Origin: Eledone cirrhosa
Taxonomy: Eukaryota
Assembly: GCA_964016885.1 (NCBI GenBank)
Contig: OZ024740.1
Coordinates: 98,580,001 to 98,644,000 of the forward strand
Reading direction: 5' to 3'
DNA: 64,000 nucleotides
Positions 41,319 to 55,228 of the stretch are shown here, one piece after another. The translations under genes and the position numbers were made by a program. A model generated the notes under the pieces. The model had not been told where the DNA came from. It made no database searches and saw nothing but the letters and a program-made list of their open reading frames with translations. Positions within the stretch are counted from its first letter, which is position 1. Each line of letters begins with the position of its first letter.

Positions 41319-43426
41319 CACAGTTATAAAAGTGTTAAAGCTGGACACAGACAGAAAAATAAATAAATAATTTAACTCAAGTTGAAGAGAGAATTCAAGA
41401 TTACGATTACTTTACATTAATTATGTATTTGGCTCTGTGTCTAGCACTGAGTCTTCTATAACTGTAAGTAATACTTTACATTATATTGGTGACATGACAG
41501 CTTTTAGAACATCATATAGAATACTCATCATCATCATCATTTAATGTCTGTTTCCTCTGCAAGTAAGGGGTGGGTGGAACATCACATACCATGTCAGTAG
41601 TTAATCAGAGCCACTGATCTCTCAAATTAACAAGGGGTGACTCCCCACTTATATACATTAATGCACACAACAGAGTGCATTGGGCACATTTTGTCATGAC
41701 GCCAACACTAGGGAGCTTATCATGCCTTCAACTCTGCTGAAAATTCCTTCCAATTCTTAGTTTAGTGGTTTTTCTATGGCCGGATGCCTTTCCTACACCC
41801 AACTATATTACAATGTGCACTGGCTGCATTAATCATGTAGATCACCAACACTTGGGAGATTGTCATGCCCTTGACAAGCCTGAAGAATCTGGTATATTGG
41901 ATGTCATCCTTTGTGGCACCACCACTAGTGCAGTTGCCTGGATTCCTTTTCTGCAATCAACTATTTTACAGCATATGATGGGTGTGTTTTCCTGTAGATG
42001 AGTAACACTAGAGAGGGTGTTGTTTCCTTGATATAACTGAAGAGTCTTTTGTGGCCTTTCTGGCTCTCTGCAATCATAATTCAAATCTTGCTAGAATCAA
42101 CTTTGCCTTTTATCATTTTAAGGTTGACAACTAAAATACCAACCCTGTAATGGGATTGATTCCACTTTCCTTACATGGAATTTAAACTCAGAATGTAAAG
42201 TGCAGGTACATATATTTCAAGAATCACTCTGCCAATTCAACACCTTGATTAAGTTTTATAATAGACAAATGTTTACAGGATTACTAACAGGATTATGTAT
42301 CTGTGTATCGTAGTTCTTTACAGACTTGGTGGAATCGTATCAGAATAGGTTTTACAATGGATAATTGTTTACCAAATTACTAAACTTTATTTTTCAGCAG
42401 AATTATTATTGAGGGAACAAAATATACATATGAAAGTCTTTAAATGCTAAATGGTTAAATAATTTTATTGTATACAATTTTGTTTGACAAAAATCTCAAA
42501 TTGTAAATAAGAAAAAGCAAGAGAGAAAAACAAAATTCAGCTTCTTATTGTTGTTAATATAATGCAATAGAGGAAAATATCTGCCTTGTTGCCTTATATT
42601 TCAAGCACATAGATTCAAAAATATTTTCATCTCATTGGAAAAAGTTGAAAACTATTGAAAAATTTAACAATTTTGTTCTAAATTTTAAATTATCAGTGTT
42701 AGACATTTCAAGTATTGCAACTTTCTCAGTAATCTCTTCATATATATACTCCATAATTGAATTCAGCAAGTGGAAATATACAAAACAGCACCAAAAAGTT
42801 GAATATATAAATAAAATAAAATGTTAATGAGAGGGAATTTTACTGAGATGTTTTATAAAGTTATTTAAAAATAAATAGAAAATCTTAATTTGATGAAACC
42901 AAAAATTTGGAAATACCAGAAATAAATTAAAGAAAAGGAACTGAAAATATAACAACATTTATATGAAACATACACACAAAAAAAACAGACTTTAAAGAGT
43001 ATGTAATTGAAAATCGATCGATGTGAATTAGAGCCAATTTTGGTTTAGCAGAATCAGTTTGTGAAATCAAGATATAATATATGAAGTAATCTAGTAAATT
43101 TCTTCGTTCTTTGACTTGAAATATTTAAATGAACTATTAATTACATTTTTATATTTTTTTAATATTTTTGTTGAATGGAAAAACGAAACAAAACAAACAA
43201 GTACTATATGTTACTACCAGAATTCTTTGAAAACATATCAACATATGCTGATGTACACACACATGCTGATGTAAACACACCTGAACACAAACTTTATCAT
43301 CCATGTATAAGGGGTGATTGAAATGTTTGGCATAAGGAAAGGTATCCATCAATATAGCACTACCTCAAACGTCCTGTGTAAACCATGCCGGCATACAAAA
43401 GCAGATAGTAAAACAGTGATGGTGCT

Positions 43427-43466
<40 letters not shown>

Positions 43467-45378
43467 GTCCATCATAAGTTAATACCTACTTTCCCTAATA
43501 GCAAGAGTTGGATGGGACATCACAAAGTAAGTACTTTAACTGCACTACTGCCCTTCCTAAAACCAACCACATTAGAGAGTGCACTGCATGCATATTATCA
43601 TGACACCATAACTAGGGAGACTGGCAGTCATTCAATCAGCTGAAGAGCCCTCCCTACCCTATGAAGTGGGATTTTAAGATGTGATATGAGTAAGAAAAGA
43701 AATGAAAATATATGTCATAGGTGCATAACAATTGTGCTGGATATGGCAAGATGTAAGAGAGGATAGGTTTGGAGGACACTTCAGATAGTGTGAAAGGGAA
43801 GTTTAGAGATGATGAAAATAGATACTAAGGCTCTAGGACTAGTAAGGTGGGATTTAGTGGGGTGATGTATGGGAGGAGGGGTACAGTGATTGTGAGAATA
43901 GTTATTAAGGAACAATGGGGATGTGGGTACAAATATGTTAGGTCACATTATGCCTTATACGTCAGTGTTCTCCAGTATTGTATGTTTCCATCCTTGAAGT
44001 TCTTTGTCCTCTCTCTCATTAAGTTTAGATTCCTAAGCTAAAAAGAGGAGGCACAGTGGAAAACAAATAGTCTCTGAGCAAGTCACAGAATAAGATGCAA
44101 GAAATTTCACGAACTATCATTTCACAAACTATCAAGAAGCTAATAATAAAAATGAAATGAAAATCGAATAGTATTTGTGTATTATTGGCAATTTTGGCAT
44201 CATGACCATCCCCAAATAAAGCAATGTATGCATACATACATATATATTTAATACATTATATATATATATACACTTTAATTTATATTTTTAATTATCGTGT
44301 GTCTACCCTGCCTTTCATAGGTTATAGATTCCATACACTGGTGGTTTTTCCGTTTTATTGATTGCGCACTATCTCTCTATAGTGTTACCTTTTCAACATA
44401 TTGTATATATATATATATAACATCATCATCATCAGTATCATTTTAACATCTGCTTTCCCTACTAGCCAAGAATAGACGAGTCCATATAGATCAAGTCATT
44501 ACTGAAGTGGGGCCATTGATTTCCCAAGCTGGCCAGGAACCTATGTGTTTATGTATGGGCTCACATTCAACTGAGTGCTCAGGATAGGTTGTTATGGCTT
44601 TGACACAACTGAGAGTGACCTCAACACTTTGTTTTGCAAGATTTCTACAGCAGCATGCCAATTCTATTACTAACACACTTCAGCAAGGGCATCCAGCTAT
44701 ATAAATCTTGCCAAACAATATATAGAAATTCATAGAAGAATAAATGAATACCCACATCAAAATTCCCTTACTGCAATTTCAAACCAGTAGACCAATATAT
44801 GTACCATTTTAATAAACCAAGGGAAATAATATTGGAAGAACACGGTCATCATCAGAGGGATTTCTCTTGCAATAAGAAAAAACATTTTTACCCACCTGGT
44901 AATATATATGCTTTCCCTTATGAAAAAACAACACAGGCCTTTTGGTCAGGATGAAAATACAGCAAATGGACTAACAACAGATTTGAAGGAGTTCTGCTAA
45001 ACTCCCATTGTATGAATATATAATGCTCTGAAATTATTCCCTGAGCCAATCCTGTGAGGTTTGGAATTATTTTATTCAAACTCCTTTCCAATTGAGCAAA
45101 ACTGACAAACTAGTTTGTGAACTATATCTTCAAACCTGTTGACTGCACCTCCCCCCCTGTTGCTTTTTTATCCAGGCCACCATGCACGTGTTGTTTTTAA
45201 TTGCCTTGATGAACTAAAATGATTGATATCAGTCTTATGATTTGAAACTACAGTAAGGGAATTTTGATGTGCGTATTAATTTATTCTTCTCTGAATTTAT
45301 CTTGCTAACATCTACCATTTTGTGAATATATATAATGCTCTGAATCTCTCATTGAGCTAACCCTTTGACTTTTGTACA

Positions 45379-45414
<36 letters not shown>

Positions 45415-45457
45415 GCATGTATATATATGTGGGTGTGTATATATATGTATGTGCGTG

Positions 45458-45496
<39 letters not shown>

Positions 45497-45574
45497 CGGA
45501 TGGTGACTAAGATGCTTCCATAGGCGGTATGCCGGTTGAGCACTCTATGATCTTACAGAGCAGAATATGATATA

Positions 45575-48225
45575 ATATAAAACGAAAAATCAGTGACGCA
45601 TCTGAACTCAATTTATTGTATGTTACAATTGTTTCGCTGGCGGACAGCTCGAGACGCGATCATTGTGTGGATCTGTCTGATTCTGGACCCGCAGGTTCGA
45701 CGGACACGTCTCATGATTTCGGAGCATATTCTCTCACTGGAGTATCTGACCCTATGGGCCAGTACTGTCAAAAATGTCATCCTCTTCGCGCATCCAGTAA
45801 TTGGCCGCTGGTTGTCTGCGTCGTCATAAATTCTGACCACAGGTATCATTCCGCTATCCCATGTCCGGCACACTTCAATGAATTACTGCTGTGTTTGGTG
45901 GTCCACACATCCACGCGCGGACCCCCTCCCCACACACACAGACAACCACATAGATACCGACAGTCGTACGCATAGACTCCCGCTATACTCACACATTAAG
46001 GAGAACATATAAACATATAAACATACGGATACATTCATCCAGAGAGGCACGTACATACAAAGACACATGCCCACAGGCCTATATACATCAACACATACAT
46101 GCTCACACACATGCATACGCGTATGTATAAACGTACACACATACACGTACAGGATTGTACGTAGACCCCTCCACCCAAGCACACGCACATACACACACGT
46201 ACCCATATATACACGCACAGATACACACTCGCTCGCAAACAGGCATATATATATATATATATATACACACAAACAAGCCTACAGGGGTGCTTGTATTCAC
46301 ACACACACACACACACTGTCCCATATACACTCTTACAAATATGCGCATATTACCATACACACCCACGCACGCATAAACAAAAATAATATTATATATATAT
46401 ATATACACATAAACAGAATATACATACAAAGTCATATAAAGATACACAATGGGTCGTACATGAAAGGATGCATCTTGTTATAAACTTGTACACATATAAA
46501 AAATACATACATACACACACACATATATATACATATATACATACACATACGTATATACGTATATATAAAAAAAATATAAAATATAAAATATATTAAAAAT
46601 ATTACAAATATGCATATAACGGCACATAGAGATACACAGTGTGCTACACAGTGTGCTATACATGAAAGGGTGTGCCCAGTTGTATATGTCTACAGAGATG
46701 TTGTTACGTTGCGAACATCGATCAATCCACGTATGGAATCTTCACGCAAAGCCACATAATGGGCGTTCATGGTATTACAGTACATAGTATGCGCAGACCG
46801 TACAAAGAAAATGCGTGCCGAATATATATAAAAGAAACAGGAGGAACGTGTATGCATATGAGATAGTACACAAGATAAGTATCAGATACACATGTGGGTC
46901 TGCATACGGGAAATATATAAGGTGTTACAAAAAGGAATACGTAGAGGAGATGGACTCTCTACTGAAAAGATACACCTTCAGTGTGGTGCATGGACCGGTT
47001 ATACTGGAGTATGTCACTGTGGTTGAGGTATAGTGTCTTATTGGTGTAAAGCATTTGACCGAATATCAGTGGAATCCGGGTCAACCTGTCCCGGCTCAGG
47101 CGATGTTCTTGCAGGGAAGATGCTTAACGAAGGGCCTGGTATATATATGTGTGGTTAGCACGCACAATATAAAGCACCTACATCGGCACAACATCCACGA
47201 CCTTTAAATCGCGGATGTATAACAACACACACTCTTTCAAGGACCGGAGCAAGAGGCACTCTACTAGGCTGGCGGACCTGGTGTGGGACTTGAAAGACAA
47301 AAGCAACCCATAAGAACTTAACTGGATTATCGTTCGGCATGCGAGTGCATATTCGGCTGGAAATAGATAGTGCAGGCTATGACTATCCGAGGCCATGGAG
47401 ATAGGATAGTCAGATTGAAGAGTGATGCGGTCAACCTGAAATCGGAAATAATCATGACGTGCACACCATAGAAGGTGCACACTCTCCGCATGGAATCCAC
47501 CGGGCAGCCCAAGCTAAAAGCAGGCGGCGGAGCGCATGCCGACCAGAGCGGCGAAACGCGTCAAGAGATCAGACACCATACCCTGTAGACTATATATGCC
47601 CCGCGGGGTAAGCCGGAGTAACCCAGGATGCCTACCCGATTCTGCACATCACCCTAGGCAATAACATCGCCTGAGCCAGAACAGGTATACCCGGATTCCA
47701 CTGATATTCGGAGAAATGTTTTACACCAATAGGACACTATACCTCAACCACAGTGACATACTCCCGTATGGCCGGCCACGCACCCTACTGCAGGTGTATC
47801 TTTTCAATAGAGAGTGCATCTCCTCTACGTATTCCTTTTTGTAACACCTTATATATTTTCCGTATGCAGACCCACGTGTGTATCTCATACTTATCTTGTG
47901 TACTATCTCATATGCATACACGTTCCTCCTGTTCTTTTTTAATATATATATTCTGCACGCAGCTTCTGTGTACGGTCTGCGCATACTATTTACTGTAATA
48001 CCATGAACACCCATTATGTGGCTTTGCGTGAAAATTCCATATGTGGATTGACCCATGTTCGCAACGTAACAACATCTCTGTAGACACATACAACTGGGCA
48101 CACCCTTTCATGTATAGCACACTGTGTATTTCTATGTGCCGTTATATGTATATTTTTAATATTATTAATATTTTAAATATATTTTATATTTTATATTTTT
48201 TAATATATATGTATATACGTGTGTG

Positions 48226-48264
<39 letters not shown>

Positions 48265-48370
48265 ATGTATGTTTTTTTTATATGTGTACATGTTTATAAC
48301 AAGATGCATCCTTTCATGTACGACCCATTGTGTATCTTTATATGACTGTGTGTATATTCTGTTTATGTGT

Positions 48371-48402
<32 letters not shown>

Positions 48403-49230
48403 TAAATATTATTATTATTTTTGTATGCGTGCGTGGGTGTGTATGGGAATATGCGCACATTTGTAAGAGTGTATATGGGCCAGTGTGCGTGTGTGTGTGT
48501 GTGTATACAAGCACTCTAGTAGGGAAAGGGCGTGTTTGTGTGTATATATATATATATATATACATGCGTGTTTGCGAGCGAGTGTGTATCTGTGCGTGTA
48601 TATATGGATATGTGTGTGTATGTGTGTGTGTGCGTGGGTGGATGGGTGGCTGGGAGTCTACGTACATGTCTGTACGTGTTTGTGTGTACGTGTATACATA
48701 CGCGTATGCATGTGTATGAGCATGTGTGTAGGCATGTGTCTATCTATGTACGTGCCTCTCTGAATGAATGTATGCGTATGTTTATGTTCATATGTTCTCC
48801 TTAATGTGTGAGTATAGCGGGAGTCTATGCGTACGACTGTCGGTATCTATGTGGTTGTCTGTGTGTATGTGTGGTGGGCAGTGGGTGCGCGCGTGGATGT
48901 GTGGACCACCAAACACAGCAGTAATTCATTGAAGTGTGGCGGTCACGGGACAGCGGAATGATACCTGTGGTCAGAATTTATGACGACGTAGACAACCAGC
49001 GCGAACTCACTGGACGCGCGAAGAGGATGTTGTTTTTGACAGTACTGGACCATAGGGTCAGATACTCCAGTGAGAGAATATGCTCCGTAATCATTAGCTG
49101 TGTCCGTCGAACCTGCGGGTCCAGAATCAGACAGATCCACACAATGATCGCGTCTCGAGCTGTCCGCCGGCGAAACAATTGTAACACACAATAAATTGAG
49201 TTCAGAGGCATCACTGATGTTTCGTTTTAT
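45575..49230 (+). mobile_element. Penelope-like insertion: GIY-YIG remnant + 3' pLTR (47110-49230) preceded by an inverted copy of the pLTR (45575-47112)
   Basis: Arms 45575-47112 and 47658-49230 are diverged reverse complements (paired ORFs 45613-45873/48934-49194 and 46815-47033/47721-48101). The EN lies in the spacer; flanks are TA-rich. Confidence 0.88.
47109..47490 (+). pseudogene. Decayed GIY-YIG endonuclease of a Hydra-like PLE (not in the ORF track)
   Basis: LQGRCLTKGLVY / TYIGTTSTTFKSRMYNNTHSFKDRSKRHSTRLADLVWDLKDKSNP*ELNWII..AYSAGNR*CRL*LSE, collinear with ORF 27226-27627. Confidence 0.85.
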
Positions 49231-49629
49231 ATATATATATATATAGAGAGAGAGAATTCTCAAGAATCTAAGCTATGTTCAAAGCATTTATTCACTTACA
49301 ATTGTTTCATCCAAACCTAGGCTTGGATTCTTCGGAGCATTTTTTAACGTTTATACACATGATTGGTCTCCTTTCCAACGCAAGAGACATACATATACAT
49401 ATGTATATATTGATGTACAGTGGAGTGACATATATTATAATATATTATTTCCGTATAGCAATTCAAATTCAAAGTCAAAATCAATATTAAAATTATTATT
49501 GCTATTACATTGAGCTATTTATCTTACTGGTAATAAGGTAGTAATAAATTACTGACCTTCACTGTTTAGGGTTTAAAATAATTATAACTATAAAAAGTTT
49601 TAGTATATACATAACCATAAATAGTATCC

Positions 49630-49698
<69 letters not shown>

Positions 49699-49872
49699 AA
49701 TATATATATATATATATATATTAGAAAGTGAGGTTTTTTTTACAAAATGAAAAATAACCGAGGTGTCCTACACGAGTGAAAGTATAAAGAAAAAGAGATG
49801 AAATCGAAAATGCAACTGGAGTCTTATTTTTTTTAAAAGACACCAGTTGCATTTTCGATTTCATCTCTTTTT

Positions 49873-49963
<91 letters not shown>

Positions 49964-49968
<5 letters not shown>

Positions 49969-51008
49969 GGTACACAAGAGATGTAGCGGGATCTCAGGAA
50001 GCTTAATTAAAAATGTAGGCTTCACATGTAGCAGCTGCGCTGGAACAGCAAGCGGCAAGCAGCCACAGGAAACAAGTACGACCAATCTCTGGAAAGGCTC
50101 TGTAGAAACAGTAGACAGCCTCTGCTACCTTGGTGACCAAATTTGCAGCGGAGGTGTTCAGAAAGGACAGTAACTAGGGTAAGAACGTGATGGAAGAACT
50201 TCGGGGAACTACTGCCACTGCTAGCTGCAAAAGGCTTTTACCTCAAAATGAAAGGCAGACTGTATGATGCATGTATACGAACAGCAATGTTACATGGTAG
50301 TGAGACCTGGGCGCTGAAGGTGGAAGACTTACGTAGATTAGAAAGAAACGAAGCCTACATGCTCCGATGGATGTGTAATAGTAATATATGCGAACGGCAA
50401 AGTATAAATGAATTGAGAGAGAGACTGAGCATAAGAGGAATCAAATGCTGTGTGCAGGAGAAGCGGTTGCGTTGGTATGGACATGTGATGCGTATGAAGG
50501 ATGACAGCTCCATAAAAAGGTGCAGGGCACTAGAAGTCAATGGAAGCCACTGTGTGGGGAGACCCAAGAAGGCCTGGGATGAGGTAATAAAAACCGACCT
50601 TACACAATTACACCTCTCAAAGGCGATAACACACGACCGTGACCTCTGGCGTCACGCAGTAATACAGAGTACCCGACCTCCCATGGGTACAAGCTGAAGC
50701 ATATAGACAATATGACCCCACACCCTCCCACTGCAAAGTGGCCGTGGAGGTTCCACGGCAAAAAAGCACCCAGCCCACACTGTAAAGCGGACGTGTAGGC
50801 GCCACGGAAAAAAGCACCCAGCACTCACTGTAAATGAGGTTGGTGTTAGGAAGGGCATCCAGCTGTAGAAATCAACCCAAAATCAGTTCCTTTATGAGCA
50901 AGGCATGGTCAGCCGACCAGACACTCTCCACAACAGGACAACCCGTCTAACCCATGCTAGCATGGAAGAACGGACGTAAAACGGTGATGATGATGATGAT
51001 AATGATGA
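49964..51008 (+). mobile_element. 5'-truncated RTE subfamily C copy in (TA)n
   Basis: Starts at WVHKRCSG; ORF 50248-50697; distinct 3' UTR; (GAT)n tail. Confidence 0.92.
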
Positions 51009-51043
51009 TATATATATATATACTCACATATACAAATAAATCT

Positions 51044-51708
51044 GCATAACTCTGATTTTTGCGTTTCGTTTTGCTTTTTCTACCCGCCGAAATGCGATTC
51101 TCGCTGAATTTATATTTGTATTAATCTCCCGAGTCTTACAATCAACCTGTTAATAATTCTATTGACAGATTAATTGCATAAGTTTATTTTAAAAACTACC
51201 CGATTGAGTGCTTATTCAATTTGTGCTATTTATTCAATTTTTTGCATGGTATACCAGATTGAATTTATTTGCCAAAATCAGGGGGTTTTCCCATTGTGAA
51301 TTACACATGTGCTTTTACGAAGCTCTATGTCATTCACAAACTTGGTACAGAGCAAAATATCTTTTGATAACATGATATTCCTTGTTCGATCATTATACCT
51401 AACGCTTATATTTTTAAGCAGACAGTATTATTGATTTAGGTGTCATAGAAACCCTGCATTTGGATTTTACCATCAATTCCAATGGGTCCAGGTCTGTTTT
51501 TTTATCATTTATTTTGTTTTGACCGGTTTATCTTCATTTGCTTTTTGGCTTAGGTGGTTAATGCTTTCTTGATCACTTTTTCAGTTTGTATGTCGTTTTA
51601 ACATATTGTTTAGCTCTTGTTTTTTAAATATGGAGCGCTTGCCAGCATAACTTTGATTTTTGCGTTTCATTTCGCTTCTTCTACCTGCCGAAATGCGATT
51701 CTTGCTGA

Positions 51709-51716
<8 letters not shown>
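51044..51716. repeat. ~670-bp segment bounded by ~72-bp direct repeats, between (TA)n runs
   Basis: gcataact.tgatttttgcgtttc..gccgaaatgcgattct.gctgaatttatat occurs at 51044-51115 and 51645-51716. Confidence 0.8.
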
Positions 51717-51749
<33 letters not shown>

Positions 51750-53971
51750 CAAATATATATATAACATTATATCATTATATCTTATTGGCAACATGACCCT
51801 CCCAAAGTATAACAATTATATCATTTCTTTTCTCTATATGTATAATTTGATATGTGCCAAAAGTGGATCAATTGAAATGGCTATCATGGTTTGCTTTTGC
51901 AGTTTATTTTAATATCCTACCAGTTAATATCCTCATTTATATGTGTCCCTAAACAATGTGCTGACACTCTATGTGCCTTTAATCTCTTTTTCACATATAT
52001 GCTCACCCATCACATGAATACATACATCATTGCATAATCAAAGCAAACCAACAGACATTTTCCTGTCACTTTACTATGCTCCTTCCTTTCAGAGACTAGC
52101 TAGATGGCTGAATTTTCATTACTTTTATGTTGACTTAGGAAGAAGCTATGATCCAAGACAGTTAAATGGGTTTGCTTACACAAGGGTTATCAAACACAGG
52201 GACTCAAATCGGCCATTATGTCTTGGGGAAAAGGCACAGTGGACTAAAAGTGAAATGAGGAAGAGGTTGTGATTTCTGCCATTGATAATGCTTATCTGTA
52301 ATACAGCTGATGGCTGCTATTTATTATTTTTTCATCAAAATGAATATGCATGTGATAGTAATGTGAATTATTGCAAAATGTTGGGGGACAAATTTGCAAT
52401 TTATAATGTTCCTTAATTCAGTTTTTCTTTTTCAATTTAGATAGCTTGCAATATGTATTCCATAGATAGCTTGCAATAAACTGTACTATAAATATCAAAA
52501 CAGGGAAAACGGAAACAGAATGCAATGCTTGATACTGGAAATGTATGGAAGGGTTGAGGGAAAAATTACCAAGTTTTAGGAAAATATTAATCTTGAAACT
52601 TTTTTTATGCAGGTCATATCAAAATAGTTTGCTGACTTATGGGCTGCATGTTTGAAACCCCTGGCCTATACCATTCTCCTTAGTATTTCCTTTCACTTCC
52701 TGCACATAATCACTGACCTGATGCCACAAATTTTCAGGTGATCGATGGACCGCCTCACTGCTGAACCACAAGAATGTAACATTGCCTTAAATCTTATAGA
52801 AGGTCTCAATCACCACCACTTTCAAATGATTTCTGAAGCAACAGATCTGTGATCTAAGTGATTCAAGTTCTGTCAATTTTGTCTTTTTTTAATTAATGTA
52901 ACTTTAAGATGAAGTTAATATTGGTTTAACTATAATTTTAATTTATAAGCCTTGATTTAAAAACATAAACACTGTAAATGCATTTTGGTATTCTCTTTCT
53001 GCAATACCAAAATATATCTACATTTGTTTACACTTTCTCAACAAAGAATATAATTTTAAACTGCACTTATATCTAGATCAATTTTATCATAGATTGTCTA
53101 ATATATGTTGTGTTATGCATTAATATTTATCATTTAACTTAATCCATTTTACACTACATTATCTAATTTACACTAACTTTTCAAGACAGGTTATCGTTTG
53201 TTGGTGATGTGACTGCTATTTCTTGTAAAGCAAGTGACTACTTGGAGATTCAATTAGTTACTCATTGAAGATGTTGTCTGGATATTGAACATATCTTTTA
53301 TTTAATAACCTTCTGTAGCATCTGCACCACACATTCTTTGTTATTTCTGTAATTGCTTGATCTTAATGAAATAATTAAGTATTTTGCCTATACTATTATA
53401 TATTTATCTGCTGCCAGAGTCATTGCAACTTGCAATTATTCTTAATTATGTGAAAATCACCAAATGTTTTTTGTTACACACTATAGGTTTTTTAAATGCT
53501 GAATGTATATAACTATGTCACTGGTTAATATATTGAATTTTCTGTTCTTATTTATTTAAATATGTGGCTGAATGAGTTTCTATGTGGTCGTTTGAGCTTC
53601 TACAAAGAGAAGTCAAATATTTTTGAAAGAATTTCCTTTCAATCTTTGGATGAATTATTAAGTGGAAACAACCATAACTTCTCCAGAGTTTTGCAACCAT
53701 ATGGTTTAAACTTCTGGGCCTCCAAGACCAAAGCTTAAACCATCTAGTTGCAAAGCACACCTTTAAGAACACAACCATTGAAAAAAAGAATAGGATCCAT
53801 TGTAATATGTAATTTGTCTTTGAGACCTTTTTCTGCCAAGGAAGAGTAACTGCTTCTGTTGGCAGGCCAAACTTGGTGAAGCCCTGGAGGCTTGGAGAGG
53901 AGATGGTCACCACTAAGCATTTCTAAGACCCATTGAAATGCCTTAGTGGACAAACATTAAAGTAATTGTTT

Positions 53972-54068
53972 ATACTTTTGGCGCAAGGCCAACAATTACT
54001 GGTTCTTTATTTTATCGATCCTGTAAGGATGAAAGGCAAAGTTAACCTCAGTGGGATTTGAACTCAGA
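53972..54068 (-). mobile_element. SINE family 1 fragment
   Basis: caaggccaacaattactgg..gtaaggatgaaaggcaaagttaacctc..gatttgaactcag. Confidence 0.8.
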
Positions 54069-54409
54069 TGTGTTTTCCCTTTTTTAAAATGGGAGCTAGT
54101 CAAGCTTGAAACATGTGTCATGTGTTTAGAATAAAGGATGTTGAGCTGAAACTTTGATTTCCTTATGAATATAAACACTCTGCATATTACACTTGAAATA
54201 AATAAATGTTAGTGTTAATCCACACATTTAACTCTGGATATTCAATTCACATAAAACCATTTAATGTTGACACAGGTACCAAATGTAGTAATTAGCATTA
54301 CTCACCATTCGGCAGTATAAGCTTCAATCTGAAGTAGACTGCTTTGTGTCATGGAGATGTTTCAAACCACATTTTCATTTTAAAACATCCTGATCCTGAC
54401 CAATGGATA

Positions 54410-54735
54410 TATATTTAAAGTTGATCACCCAGGAGACAAATTATTTCAAAAGATGAATGAGATCACATGCATTTCATTATGTCTATACAAACTAAACCGA
54501 GACACTACGTGATAAACTTTCAAATTTCCAGAAAAACTTTAAATCCTACAAGAGCCCACTCCACAATGTCCACCTGGAGGAATTTGAAGACTTCATCATT
54601 AACATAAGCAAAACCTTCAAATTCAGATCACAAACTACAGTGATAGAAAATTATGTATTAATAACCTTGCAAACCGGATTGCAAAAATTAAAGAATGTGG
54701 AATAATTCTTATACCAGCTAATAAAACAGAAATTA
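54410..54735 (+). mobile_element. N-terminal ORF relic of a Hydra-like PLE
   Basis: MRSHAFHY; FKSYKSPLHNVHLEEFEDFIINISKTFKFR; KIKECGIILIPANKT (ADKT-like motif preceding the PLE RT). Confidence 0.55.
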
Positions 54736-54941
54736 ACATGCTCCAATCCTAACCTTCATTGTATCTGATAAAGGAATCTGTTCTTGAATTAAGCTGATTG
54801 TGACTGATTAAAGCTCTGAGCTCGTCATATGCAAAACACATGATATACATTATCATGAATATGTTGAACTGAAACTTCAGTTGCTCTCTTTACATATATT
54901 TAAATATATAATATATATATATATATATATATCATAAAAAA

Positions 54942-55032
<91 letters not shown>

Positions 55033-55033
<1 letters not shown>

Positions 55034-55228
55034 ACAGATCTTAGAGACACAAGATGTGTAGTGGGATAGTAAGCAAACTAACAGGAAATAAAAACTTCAT
55101 ATGTTCAGGGAAAATTGATAGCGGAAGTGTCAGTGATAGGCACGTATTTCAAACGCAGATAGGATCTATAGAGGTGGTTGATAGCTTTCGATATCTAGGT
55201 GATCAAATTAGCAAAAGAAGAGGATGCA
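55033..55228 (+). mobile_element. Short RTE fragment (PHD to YLGDQIS), lacking both ends
   Basis: [28 protein letters not shown]; starts at (TA)n. Confidence 0.8.

Noticed and set aside
40985-41370. Poly-V/A, poly-S/G and poly-L/P ORFs
   Set aside because: Compound trinucleotide repeat with no exon evidence.
45613-45873. 86-aa ORF retained in both palindrome arms (also 48934-49194)
   Set aside because: Explained by the duplication; non-ATG starts, no recognised domain, and it overlaps the pLTR hammerhead-like region.
47372-47386. TGA at the second Cys of the CxLC motif, suggesting selenocysteine as in some PLEs
   Set aside because: The same frame has TAA and TAG stops and frameshifts, and no SECIS was seen; simple decay is more likely.
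47530-47566. gccg-accagag-cggc-GAAACGCGTC hammerhead-like 3' half
   Set aside because: No CUGANGA or stem I partner upstream.
53548-53953. 121-aa and 69-aa minus-strand ORFs
   Set aside because: No recognisable domain or splice context; possibly a decayed transposon, but unsupported.
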